Below, piece after piece: positions 1-7,886 of a stretch of DNA of 18,281 nucleotides. The DNA is from Myxococcota bacterium. Its GTDB lineage: Bacteria > Myxococcota > XYA12-FULL-58-9 > JALHOP01. Below the pieces are notes generated by a model. It saw only the letters and a program-made list of their open reading frames with translations, did no database searches and had not been told where the DNA came from. Location of the stretch: the NCBI GenBank assembly GCA_041288095.1, contig JBGGMJ010000193.1, positions 1 to 18,281 of the forward strand. The letters are read 5' to 3'. The stretch's first letter is position 1, and every line of letters begins with the position of its first letter. The position numbers and the translations under genes are program-made.

Positions 1-1
1 G

Positions 2-406
2 ATGACCTTGGGTGACCGGCGGGCGCTCGCGCGGCGCGCGACCCGCGATCAAATCATGCGGCTGGTCGGCGATCCGGATCCGACGGTGGTGATGCACGTC
101 TTGAACAACCCGCGCGTCACCGAATCGAACGTGCTCGCCATCTGCGCCAAGCGCCCCACCGTGAGCGCGGCGCTCGAGACCGTCATCGACGCCCCGGCGT
201 GGAGCCGGCGCCTCACGGTGCGCGTCGCTTTGGCGCACAACCCGAATCTCGCGGTGCACGCGGCGGTGCCTCTGCTGGTGACGCTGCCGACCGGGGCCAT
301 AGGCAAGCTGCGCGACGACGAAGCACTCTCACCGTCGCTGAGGCTCGCGGCGAGTCGGCTCTGCGAGGCCGCGCGCGCCGCTACTTCGACGACTGAGACT
401 TCGTGA
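2..406 (+). CDS. Conserved hypothetical helical-repeat protein (LRV/DUF2336-like), probably 5'-truncated by the window edge
   Basis: Short repeats of the form L..DPD..V...L.NPR.T and VRVALAHNPN are typical of leucine-rich-repeat-variant/HEAT-like proteins. Codon usage looks native. The frame is open from the window start and the TGA stop is at 404-406, overlapping the convergent M23 gene by 26 bp. Confidence 0.6.
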   Translation: MTLGDRRALARRATRDQIMRLVGDPDPTVVMHVLNNPRVTESNVLAICAKRPTVSAALETVIDAPAWSRRLTVRVALAHNPNLAVHAAVPLLVTLPTGAIGKLRDDEALSPSLRLAASRLCEAARAATSTTETS

Positions 407-1250
407 CGCTCAAGGTCGCGACCGCGCCGTCCGCTTCAGCGAAGCGCTTGTCGACACGGGCTTTCGCCTTGGCGAAATCGGGCTGCTGCTCCTTGCCGAG
501 CTTCACCACGAAGGTGCCGTGGATCTTGTCCGGCTCGAGCGGGTGGTCGCCGGAATCGCGGATCTCGTAGTGGAGATGCGGCGCGCTCGAGCGTCCGGTA
601 TTGCCGACAGTGCCGATCGATGAGCCGATAGCGAGCTGCGCGCCGGGCTTGACGTTCTTGGCGATGCTGTCGAGGTGGAGAAAGCGCACGAGGCGGCCGC
701 CGCCGATGGCGACCTCGACGCAGCGACCATTCACGCGGTTCCAGTTGACGCGATTGACGCGGCCCGCGAAGGGCAGGCGCACCGGCGAGCCCGTCGGCGC
801 CTTGAAGTCCATGCCGGCATGGCGGCGGTTGCCGCGGCCTGGATCGACGCGCTCGGTGATCTGCGTGTAGCGCGCGACGGGGCTGTTCTTGATGCCCGGC
901 TCGATGAGCGTGCCGTTTTCGTCGTAGAAACGCTGAACGCCGTTTTCATCGGCGTAGCGGTAGGCGGTCAGCCGGAGCTCCTGTCCGCGATAGGCGACGG
1001 CGACGAGCTCCTGTTGGGTCTCGCCCTGCTCGTAGAGCAAGGTCATGACGTCGCCACGCTGGGCATGGCGAATGAAGTCACCGCGCCAACGCATGAGGCG
1101 GGCGACCTGGGCGGCGAGCTCGGAGGCATCCTTGCTGGGAAGCGCGCGTTGCAGCGTCGCTTCGATGGAGCCTTCGACGGTCATCGTGATGCTCGTCGGC
1201 GGCGGGATGGCCGCGGAGACGATTGCATGGGCGAGAAGAGCAACCAGCAT
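381..1250 (-). CDS. M23 family zinc metallo-endopeptidase (peptidoglycan DD-endopeptidase, MepM/Csd3-like)
   Basis: HxxxD motif (RRHAGMDF), FLHL, GTVGNTGRSSAPHLHYE (HxH) and a short hydrophobic N-terminus. The N-terminal domain contains the YDENG segment seen in MepM/Csd3-like proteins. Confidence 0.9.
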   Translation of the reverse strand: MLVALLAHAIVSAAIPPPTSITMTVEGSIEATLQRALPSKDASELAAQVARLMRWRGDFIRHAQRGDVMTLLYEQGETQQELVAVAYRGQELRLTAYRYADENGVQRFYDENGTLIEPGIKNSPVARYTQITERVDPGRGNRRHAGMDFKAPTGSPVRLPFAGRVNRVNWNRVNGRCVEVAIGGGRLVRFLHLDSIAKNVKPGAQLAIGSSIGTVGNTGRSSAPHLHYEIRDSGDHPLEPDKIHGTFVVKLGKEQQPDFAKAKARVDKRFAEADGAVATLSVTKSQSSK

Positions 1251-1265
1251 GGTTCGACCTTAGCA
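1251..1265 (-). promoter_or_regulatory. Extended -10 element (TGcTAAGGT) 6 nt upstream of the M23 ATG; probable leaderless promoter
   Basis: The minus strand reads TGC TAAGGT CGAACC ATG, which fits TGnTAnnnT-N6-start. Confidence 0.5.
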
Positions 1266-1386
1266 GGAGCGATCGTCGGTTCGCGAGTAACCAGCCGTGA
1301 TCGGAGACGAATTCCCCGTGGAGGCTCTTGGCGCCACCTGCCGCGAGATTGACAATCCCGCGCGATTGTTGCGTGAGTCCCGCCGC

Positions 1387-2172
1387 ATGTTCGTCGCGCA
1401 CCTGCGCTTCGCCCTCGCGGCGTTTCTTACGGTCTTCTGGAGCAGCCTCACGTTGCTGCTCTGCCCCTTCGGACCGCGCCGCGCCTGGCTGATCACGCAC
1501 ACGCGCTGGGGCAAGACCGTCATGGCGGCCCTCGGCATCGACTGGGAGATCCAGAATCCCGAGCGCTTGCGCAACCCCGCGGTGTTCGTCTCCAACCATC
1601 AGAGCTTTCTCGACATCGTGCTGCTGCCCGCGATGTTGCCTCCAGAGGCCGTGTTCGTCGCCAAGCGCGAGATCCGCCGTGTCCCGATCTTCGGCATCGC
1701 TTTCGCGACGAGCGGTGGGGTGATGATCGATCGCCGCAATCCACGCGGCGCTATCGCCAGCATCCGTGAAGCGGTCGCGGCGCTTCCCAAGGATTGGTCG
1801 GTCGTCATTTTCCCGGAAGGCACGCGCTCGAAGACTGGTGAGCTCAAGCCGTTCAAGAAAGGCTGCATCCACGTCGCGCTCGCGACCCGGTATCCAATCG
1901 TGCCGATGGCCGTGCATGGCGTGCGCGAGCTGACGAGCACCCCGGTGTGGTGGCCTCGCTGGCTGCCGCGGCCCGGGACCCTCCAGATCGCTATCGGCGA
2001 GCCGATTCGCACCGATGCCTGGACGCCGGAAGCCCTGGCGGCCCAGCTCGCGGACGTCCAAACCGCTGTCGACGCCGAGCTTTCTCGGGCTCGCGCGGCC
2101 TGGTCCGCGGCGGCCGAAAAGAATCGACCGATGCCCTCCCACATCATGGAAACTCACGGCCGCCCCGAGTAG
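1387..2172 (+). CDS. plsC: 1-acyl-sn-glycerol-3-phosphate acyltransferase (lysophospholipid acyltransferase)
   Basis: Acyltransferase blocks NHQSFLD (HX4D), FVAKREI, IDRRN, IFPEGTRS, FKKG and PIVP, with an N-terminal hydrophobic helix. ATG 1387 (MFVAHLRF) is preferred over the GTG at 1297. Confidence 0.9.
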   Translation: MFVAHLRFALAAFLTVFWSSLTLLLCPFGPRRAWLITHTRWGKTVMAALGIDWEIQNPERLRNPAVFVSNHQSFLDIVLLPAMLPPEAVFVAKREIRRVPIFGIAFATSGGVMIDRRNPRGAIASIREAVAALPKDWSVVIFPEGTRSKTGELKPFKKGCIHVALATRYPIVPMAVHGVRELTSTPVWWPRWLPRPGTLQIAIGEPIRTDAWTPEALAAQLADVQTAVDAELSRARAAWSAAAEKNRPMPSHIMETHGRPE

Positions 2173-2181
2173 AGTTTCGGT
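2170..2181 (+). promoter_or_regulatory. Possible -10 element (TAGAGT) overlapping the plsC stop codon, 6 nt before the next GTG start
   Basis: The sequence reads TAGAGT-ttcggt-GTG, with no clear Shine-Dalgarno. The TA could simply come from the stop codon. Confidence 0.35.
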
Positions 2182-3924
2182 GTGCTGGTAACATTAGCGT
2201 TTTTGGCCGTTTCGCAGACGGTCTCCCTCCCGCCCGTCATGCCGGTCACCGACGTGAAACCAGGGCAAAAGGGTGTCTGCCTCACCGTCTTCCAAGGCGA
2301 TCAGGTGGAGCCTTTTCCGTTCACGGTGCGCGGCACCATGACCAACTTCTTGGGGCCGGAGCGCGACGTCGTGCTCATTCGCCTCGAGGGTGAGAAAGCC
2401 GAGTTCACCGGGGTCGTCGCCGGCATGAGCGGTAGCCCGTGCTCGATCGACGGCAAGCTGGTTGGCGCCTTGGCGTATTCGTTCTCGACCTTTGCCAAGG
2501 AGCCCATCGCCGGCATCACGCCCATCGGCGACATGCTCAACGTGATGAAGCTCAAACAGCAGGACCGGCCGTGGCGCCTCGAAGGCGAACCGGTGCGACC
2601 CGCCGAGTGGAAGGCCATGCGCGACGGTACCGCGGTGGCCGCTAAAACGAACAAGCCCGCGGAGCTCGCGCCCATCGCCACGCCGCTCTCCATCTCGGGC
2701 GCGCCACAGGCGGTGATCGATCACTTCGAGCCCTGGCTTGCGAGCAACGGCTTCATGGCGATGGCCGGCGGGTCAGCGGGCAAGAACGCCAAGGCCGTAC
2801 CGCTGGTGCCGGGTGGCGCGGTCGCGGCGATTCTCGTGCGCGGCGCCGTGAACATCGCGGCCACCGGAACGGTGACCTCGGTCGAGGGCAACGAGGTCTT
2901 GGCATTTGGCCACCCGTTCTTCGGCGCGGGCGCCGTGTCGATCCCCATGGCCAATGCGTTCATCGTCAACACGATGGCGTCGCAGCAGCGCTCGTTCAAA
3001 ATGGCGATCCCCGGCGCGACGCTCGGCGAGGTGACGCAAGACCGCCTGACCGCAATCGGCGGCTACATGGGCGGCGTGCCCTCGATGGTGCCGGTCACCG
3101 GCGCCATCGCGACGCCGCAAGGCCCCGCGAAGTTCGATCTCGAGGTGGCGCGTGACGTCGAGCTGACGCCGCGCTTCGTCGCCATGGGCATCGCGGCGGC
3201 GCTCGGCGGTCGCGTCGACGCGAGCGAGCGCGGCACCATGCGTTTCAACGGCAGGATCGACATCGAAGGCATGCAGCCCATCGTCGTGAAAAACGTCTAC
3301 TCGGCGCAGCGCGACGGCTCGCTCATGACGTCGCCCGCCATCGACATGGCCATCGCCTTCGCCAGCATGTGGCAGACACCGTTCGGACCGCCGCCGAAGA
3401 TGAAGCTGTCCATCGACGCGCAGCTCAACCCGGAACCCATCGAAGAAACCATCGAGGACATCAGCTTGGGCGCGCAGTCGATCGAAGCGGGCAAGCCCGT
3501 CGAGATCGCGGTGCGCCTGCGCCGCTTCAACGGACCGGTCACCTACGAGAAGTTCATCGTCAACGTGCCGCGCTCTTGGATCGGTGACGAGGTCGACATC
3601 ATCGCCTGCGGCGCCGATCTCGCCGAGCGCGTCAGTGACGAGGTCTCGGGTGACCCGCGGCCGAGCCGCTTGCAGGACATCGCCAAGGCGCTGAACGCGC
3701 GCCGCGCCGACGGCAACGTCTATTTGATGGCGGTCCGCGACGGCGCCGGCCTTCGCGCCGACGTCGAGGTCATGTCGTTCATTCCGCCGTCGGCGGTCGC
3801 GACCCTGTCGGGCGACCCCAACGTGCAGCGTCGTTCGCGCGGCTTGGCCTGGGAGGAGCGTCGCTCACGTCCCGGCACCGTCACCGGCGGCGCCATCACC
3901 CAGCTCAAAGTCGTTGCACCTTAA
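2182..3924 (+). CDS. Secreted SpoIVB/peptidase S55-domain serine protease with a long C-terminal extension and no PDZ domain
   Basis: GVVAGMSGSPCSIDGKLVGAL matches the SpoIVB catalytic-Ser motif (G-I/V-x-x-GMSGSP; Ser83). GTVT...VLAFGHPF supplies a candidate catalytic His (His244). The N-terminus is hydrophobic and signal-like. Confidence 0.85.
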   Translation: MLVTLAFLAVSQTVSLPPVMPVTDVKPGQKGVCLTVFQGDQVEPFPFTVRGTMTNFLGPERDVVLIRLEGEKAEFTGVVAGMSGSPCSIDGKLVGALAYSFSTFAKEPIAGITPIGDMLNVMKLKQQDRPWRLEGEPVRPAEWKAMRDGTAVAAKTNKPAELAPIATPLSISGAPQAVIDHFEPWLASNGFMAMAGGSAGKNAKAVPLVPGGAVAAILVRGAVNIAATGTVTSVEGNEVLAFGHPFFGAGAVSIPMANAFIVNTMASQQRSFKMAIPGATLGEVTQDRLTAIGGYMGGVPSMVPVTGAIATPQGPAKFDLEVARDVELTPRFVAMGIAAALGGRVDASERGTMRFNGRIDIEGMQPIVVKNVYSAQRDGSLMTSPAIDMAIAFASMWQTPFGPPPKMKLSIDAQLNPEPIEETIEDISLGAQSIEAGKPVEIAVRLRRFNGPVTYEKFIVNVPRSWIGDEVDIIACGADLAERVSDEVSGDPRPSRLQDIAKALNARRADGNVYLMAVRDGAGLRADVEVMSFIPPSAVATLSGDPNVQRRSRGLAWEERRSRPGTVTGGAITQLKVVAP

Positions 3925-3948
3925 AAGCTCCCCGAAAAGGCACCCCCG

Positions 3949-6075
3949 ATGAAATTGAAGGTCTTGGCGGTAGCGGCCGCTATTGCGTACACCGGTAATG
4001 CCCGCGCCGAGGGCACACGCTTCTACAACCTCGAGGGCTTTGGTAGCTTCCTCGACGGCAACCCGGAGACCACGGCGGTTACCGAGGACGGCCTCATCAC
4101 CTTGCCGCCGATCGCACGCGAGCGTTTCTCCGACGCGGCGGTGAGCTTCACCGCGGCGACGGCCAAGGGCGATGACGTCATCGTCGCCAAGGCTGGTGGT
4201 GGCGTGGTGCTCGCCATCGACAAAGCGGGCAAGGCGCGGGAGATCGCGAAGCTCGAGGGTGGGGTGATCACGTCGCTCCTCTCGACCGACGACGGCTTGT
4301 TCGCGGCGACCGGGCCAGGCGCGAAGATTCACAAGCTCGACGGCAAGGGCAAGTCGTCTGTCTACTATAGCGGAGAAGTGGGCTACGTTTGGGCAATGAC
4401 CGAGGCGCCCGGCGGTGGCCTGTACGTGGCGACCGGCGACCCCGGCAAGGTCTTGAAGATCAAGGACGGCAAAGCCACCGAGCTCTTCGCGTCCGAGCAG
4501 ACGCACCTGCGCTCCATCGCCTTCCAGAAGGGCTTGGGCATCTTCGTGGGGGGGGGCGAGCGCGGTATCCTGTTCCGCAGCGCCGACGGTGAGAAGGACT
4601 TCCGCGCTCTCTTCGATAGCGGACACCCCGAAATTACCGCGGTGGTCGTGCGCGATGGCTACGCTTATGCCGCGGCGGTGAGCGGCGCCGAGGCGCTGGC
4701 CTCGGACGATGGCGACGGTCCGCGCAAGGGCAAGGGCCCGACCGTGCGCAGCCAGCTCGTGCGCATTGGCATGAACGGCGCTTCCGAAACGCTCGCCGGC
4801 TCGAACGACGAGGCCATCTTCGCGCTCGCCGTCGACGGCTCCGGCAACGTCATCGTCGCGACTGGCGCGTCGGGTCGTGACGATCCCCGTGGCCGTCTCT
4901 ACTCGGTGGCTCCGAAGAACCGCGAGATCAGCATGATCTACCAGGCGAAGTCGCGGCGCATCACGCACCTCGTCGATGTCGGCAAGGGCAGCATCGCGGC
5001 GGTGGCGAGCGCCGGCGGGCGCGTCATTCAGGTGACTGGGCCGACGGCGACGAAGGGTGAGTTCTTCACGGTCGCTTACGACGCGGGTATCAACTCGAGC
5101 TTCGGCACCGTGCAGCTCTTCGGCATCGTGCCGGAGAAGACCAAGGCGACTGTCGCGGTGCGCAGCGGCCAGACGGCAACCCCCGACGCCACCTGGTCGG
5201 GGTGGAGCCCCGAGATCTCGTACCCGGGTGGGCAACGTGCCGACGCGCCCAACGGGCGTTTCGTGCAGCTGCGTCTCACCTTGTCGAGCGACGGTAAGGA
5301 TGCGCCGCGTATCAATCGCATGCGCATCGCGTACTTGCGGCAGAACCTGCGTCCGTTCGTGCGCGAGGTCGTGGCGCTTCGCAAGGGCGTCGCCTTGATC
5401 GGCGTACCGCGCGAGGAGCAGAAGTCGAAGACCGTGTCGCTCGCGGAGAAGGCCTCCGAGGAGATGCGCCGCGGAGACCAGACCGAGGGCCGCAACAACC
5501 AGGCGTCTCGCGCCCGGCAGGTGGAGCAGCGCGGTGCCTTGACGGTGCGCTGGGTCGCCGAAGACCCCAACGGCGATGAGCTCAAATACGACCTCGAGTT
5601 CCGGCCCGAAGGTCGCGCCGAGTGGCGCACCTTGAATAAGGATCTCGACGAGCCGTTCTATACGGTGCAGTCGGCGCAGCTCCCCGATGGCCACTATCAG
5701 TTCCGCGTTCGCGCGACCGACGAGCCGTCGAATCCGCGCGGCGCCGAGCTCGAAGACCGCCGTGAGAGCACCTCGGTGCTCATCGACAACAGTCAGCCGA
5801 GAGTCTCGAGCGTTACGGTCTCCGTCGATGGCAAGAAGGCCACCGCCAAGGTAAACGTCGCCGATAATGTCGGCCCCATCGTCGGCGCCGAGTACGCCGT
5901 CGACGGCGGTGAGTTCCGGCCGATGGCGCCGACCGATGGCGTGCTCGACGGCGCCAGCGAGGCCTTCGAGGTGAAGATCGAAAACCTCGACAAGGGTCCG
6001 CATACCTTCACGGTGCGGGTCATCGATGAGGCGGAGAACGAAGGCTTCGGCGAGAGCTCCTTCCTGGTGAAGTAG
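3949..6075 (+). CDS. Secreted beta-propeller (WD40/two-component-propeller-like) protein with C-terminal beta-sandwich, FN3 and Ig-like domains
   Basis: Signal peptide MKLKVLAVAAAIAYTGNARA. Repeated blades (LFAATGPGAKIHKL, LYVATGDPGKVLKI, IFVGGGERGILFR, VIVATG...GRLYSV). FN3-like LTVRW..EDPNGD.L.Y...LPDGHYQFRVRATD and Ig-like IDNSQP...EYAVDGG...HTFTVRVIDEAEN. AAAAGG RBS upstream, 24 bp after the protease gene. Confidence 0.75.
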   Translation: MKLKVLAVAAAIAYTGNARAEGTRFYNLEGFGSFLDGNPETTAVTEDGLITLPPIARERFSDAAVSFTAATAKGDDVIVAKAGGGVVLAIDKAGKAREIAKLEGGVITSLLSTDDGLFAATGPGAKIHKLDGKGKSSVYYSGEVGYVWAMTEAPGGGLYVATGDPGKVLKIKDGKATELFASEQTHLRSIAFQKGLGIFVGGGERGILFRSADGEKDFRALFDSGHPEITAVVVRDGYAYAAAVSGAEALASDDGDGPRKGKGPTVRSQLVRIGMNGASETLAGSNDEAIFALAVDGSGNVIVATGASGRDDPRGRLYSVAPKNREISMIYQAKSRRITHLVDVGKGSIAAVASAGGRVIQVTGPTATKGEFFTVAYDAGINSSFGTVQLFGIVPEKTKATVAVRSGQTATPDATWSGWSPEISYPGGQRADAPNGRFVQLRLTLSSDGKDAPRINRMRIAYLRQNLRPFVREVVALRKGVALIGVPREEQKSKTVSLAEKASEEMRRGDQTEGRNNQASRARQVEQRGALTVRWVAEDPNGDELKYDLEFRPEGRAEWRTLNKDLDEPFYTVQSAQLPDGHYQFRVRATDEPSNPRGAELEDRRESTSVLIDNSQPRVSSVTVSVDGKKATAKVNVADNVGPIVGAEYAVDGGEFRPMAPTDGVLDGASEAFEVKIENLDKGPHTFTVRVIDEAENEGFGESSFLVK

Positions 6076-6089
6076 GCTCGGCGATCGGT

Positions 6090-6119
6090 TTGAGTCCATC
6101 TCCGAGAATGGGGTAGCGT
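6090..6119 (+). promoter_or_regulatory. Putative sigma70-type promoter for the LPP20 lipoprotein gene
   Basis: TTGAGT (6090-6095), 18 bp, TAGCGT (6114-6119). A GGAG Shine-Dalgarno lies at 6147-6150. Confidence 0.35.
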
Positions 6120-6160
6120 CCTGGCTCGTCTAAAACGGGTCCACACGGAGCCACTCCCAC

Positions 6161-7801
6161 ATGAAGCGTCTCGCCGTCGTTCTTCTCTGCAGCGCCGCCA
6201 TCGCTTGCGGCTCTTCCAAAGGTTCCAGCACGGGGTCTGCCAAAGCGGACGGAGTCAACTCCGACCGCGATGTCGCCGCCTTCGAAGAGCGAGCCAAGGA
6301 CGATGGTGAGCCGGGCTGGGTGAACCGCGGCAGCGCCGCCATCAACGCCGACGGCAAGCGCGTCTTCTACGGCGTGGGCTCCGCCGGGGGCATCAAGAAT
6401 CCGTCGCTGTTGCGCTCGACCACCGACAATCGCGCTCGCGCCGAGATCGCCAAGGTCATCGAGGTGTTCAGCGCCTCGTTGATGAAGGACTACCAGTCGT
6501 CGTCGAACGGCAAGGAGGACCAGGCGGTCGAGCAGGCCATCAAGACGGCCGCGTCGGCTTCGCTCAAGGGCGTCGAGATTGTCGACCGCTACATCGCCAA
6601 CGACGGCACCATGTACGCTTTGGCGGCCCTGGACCTGAAGAAAGCCGCCGAGCTCATTCAGGCGGCCGAGATGTCGGGCGCGGTGAAGAGCCATGTCACC
6701 AAGGTCGACACCGACGACATCTTCGACAAGCACGGCAAGAAGGCCGAGGCCCCGAAGCCGCCGCCGAAGGTCGCGGCCACCGAGCAGAGTGGCAAGTCCG
6801 AGAATCAGCCGACAACGAGCGGCAGCGACGTCAAAGCGCGTCGTGGCGGCGATGCCCCCGCCTGGGTGGACGGGGAGGATTCGCGCTTCCCGTATCGCGA
6901 GTATCTCTGCGGCGTCGGCAGCGGTCCGTCGCGCCCCATCGCCGAAAACGGCTCGTACGCCTCGCTGTCGCGCATCTTCGTGGCGCGTGTGCAAGCGGTC
7001 AGCAAGGACTTCATGGGCGCATACAGCTCGACCGGCGCAAAGCCGCTCGAAACGCAGTCGAGCGAGCAGACCACCAAGATCTCGACCGGCAAGGTCTTCA
7101 GCGACGTCAAGCTCTACGAGCTCTGGGAAGGCAAGGGCGCAACGTACGCCTTGGCGTGCATGGAGCGGGCGAAGGCTTCGGCTTCGTTGCGTGACCAGAT
7201 TTCGCAGCTCGATCAGGCGATCGGCAAGCACATGGACACCGCTAAAACGAACGACAAGCAAGTTCAGCTCAAGGAGCTGTCGCGAGCGTTGGACGGCATG
7301 GTGCAGCGTGAGTCGTTGAACGGCGAGCTGCGCATCGTCGACACCGGTGGCGTAGGTGTCGCTGGTGATTACTCGCACGCGGATGTCGCGGCCGCCTTGG
7401 AAGAAGTGCAGACCGCCTTGAAGGTCGGTGTCGCGGCGGACGGCCCGTACGCTTCCGATTTCCGCACCGCTCTGGTGCAGGGTCTCACGCAGCGCGGCTA
7501 CGAAGTCACCGAGGTCGAAGGTGACGGCAGCGGGCTCGACGTCATGATCACCGCGAACATTTGCATCGAAGACGGCGGCAAGGGCACGGGCACGGCCGCG
7601 GCCATCTCGTTCGCGCGTGGCGTGGTGCAGCTCGACGTGAAGAACGTCGCCAAGAAGCGCTCGATCGCCGCCATGAACGAGAGCCGCAAGGAAGGCCACC
7701 GCTCGCGCGAAGAGGCCGAGCGCCGCGTCGTGCGTCAGCTCGGGAGCGAGATCGTCAACAAGGTTGGAGCCAAGATCGACGACGCCATGAAGGGTCGCTG
7801 A
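6161..7801 (+). CDS. LPP20-family lipoprotein with two LPP20-like domains and a C-terminal alpha/beta domain
   Basis: Lipoprotein signal MKRLAVVLLCSAAIA-C (Cys16). Two P-x-WV...GVGS...helix...YALA units (EPGWVN..FYGVGSA..DNRARAEIAK..MYALAAL; APAWVD..LCGVGSG..TYALACM) are separated by a Lys/Pro/Ser linker. Confidence 0.75.
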   Translation: MKRLAVVLLCSAAIACGSSKGSSTGSAKADGVNSDRDVAAFEERAKDDGEPGWVNRGSAAINADGKRVFYGVGSAGGIKNPSLLRSTTDNRARAEIAKVIEVFSASLMKDYQSSSNGKEDQAVEQAIKTAASASLKGVEIVDRYIANDGTMYALAALDLKKAAELIQAAEMSGAVKSHVTKVDTDDIFDKHGKKAEAPKPPPKVAATEQSGKSENQPTTSGSDVKARRGGDAPAWVDGEDSRFPYREYLCGVGSGPSRPIAENGSYASLSRIFVARVQAVSKDFMGAYSSTGAKPLETQSSEQTTKISTGKVFSDVKLYELWEGKGATYALACMERAKASASLRDQISQLDQAIGKHMDTAKTNDKQVQLKELSRALDGMVQRESLNGELRIVDTGGVGVAGDYSHADVAAALEEVQTALKVGVAADGPYASDFRTALVQGLTQRGYEVTEVEGDGSGLDVMITANICIEDGGKGTGTAAAISFARGVVQLDVKNVAKKRSIAAMNESRKEGHRSREEAERRVVRQLGSEIVNKVGAKIDDAMKGR

Positions 7802-7823
7802 TCGCGCGCAGTGCCGTAATGAC

Positions 7824-7849
7824 GCGGCGCGGCAGTTGATCCGCGCCGC
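7824..7849 (+). terminator. GC stem-loop downstream of the lipoprotein gene (possible terminator or 3' stabiliser)
   Basis: GCGGCGCGG-cagttgat-CCGCGCCGC is a perfect 9-bp stem starting 22 nt after the stop. There is no U-tract, so it is not a canonical intrinsic terminator. Confidence 0.4.
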
Positions 7850-7886
7850 CGGTTCACCATATAGGGTGCGGGAAAGGACGGGTGCG

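Noticed and set aside
381..406. 26-bp convergent overlap of the first ORF and the M23 gene
   Set aside because: Short 3' overlaps of convergent genes are common in compact GC-rich genomes, and both tails are low-complexity.
1297..1386. ORF-track N-terminal extension of plsC (likewise the TTG starts at 7836 and 14714)
   Set aside because: The extensions run through promoter-like or hairpin sequence and look non-coding. Downstream ATGs fit the domain boundaries, RBS or signal peptide better.
6147..6157. GGAG-cca-CTCC hairpin sequestering the Shine-Dalgarno sequence
   Set aside because: A 4-bp stem with a 3-nt loop is too weak to support a riboregulator claim.
6161..7801. LPP20 lipoprotein as the missing YfiB partner of the YfiR-MCP module
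   Set aside because: It has no OmpA/Pal peptidoglycan-binding motif, lies about 7 kb away and is separated by addAB. Nothing in the sequence links them.
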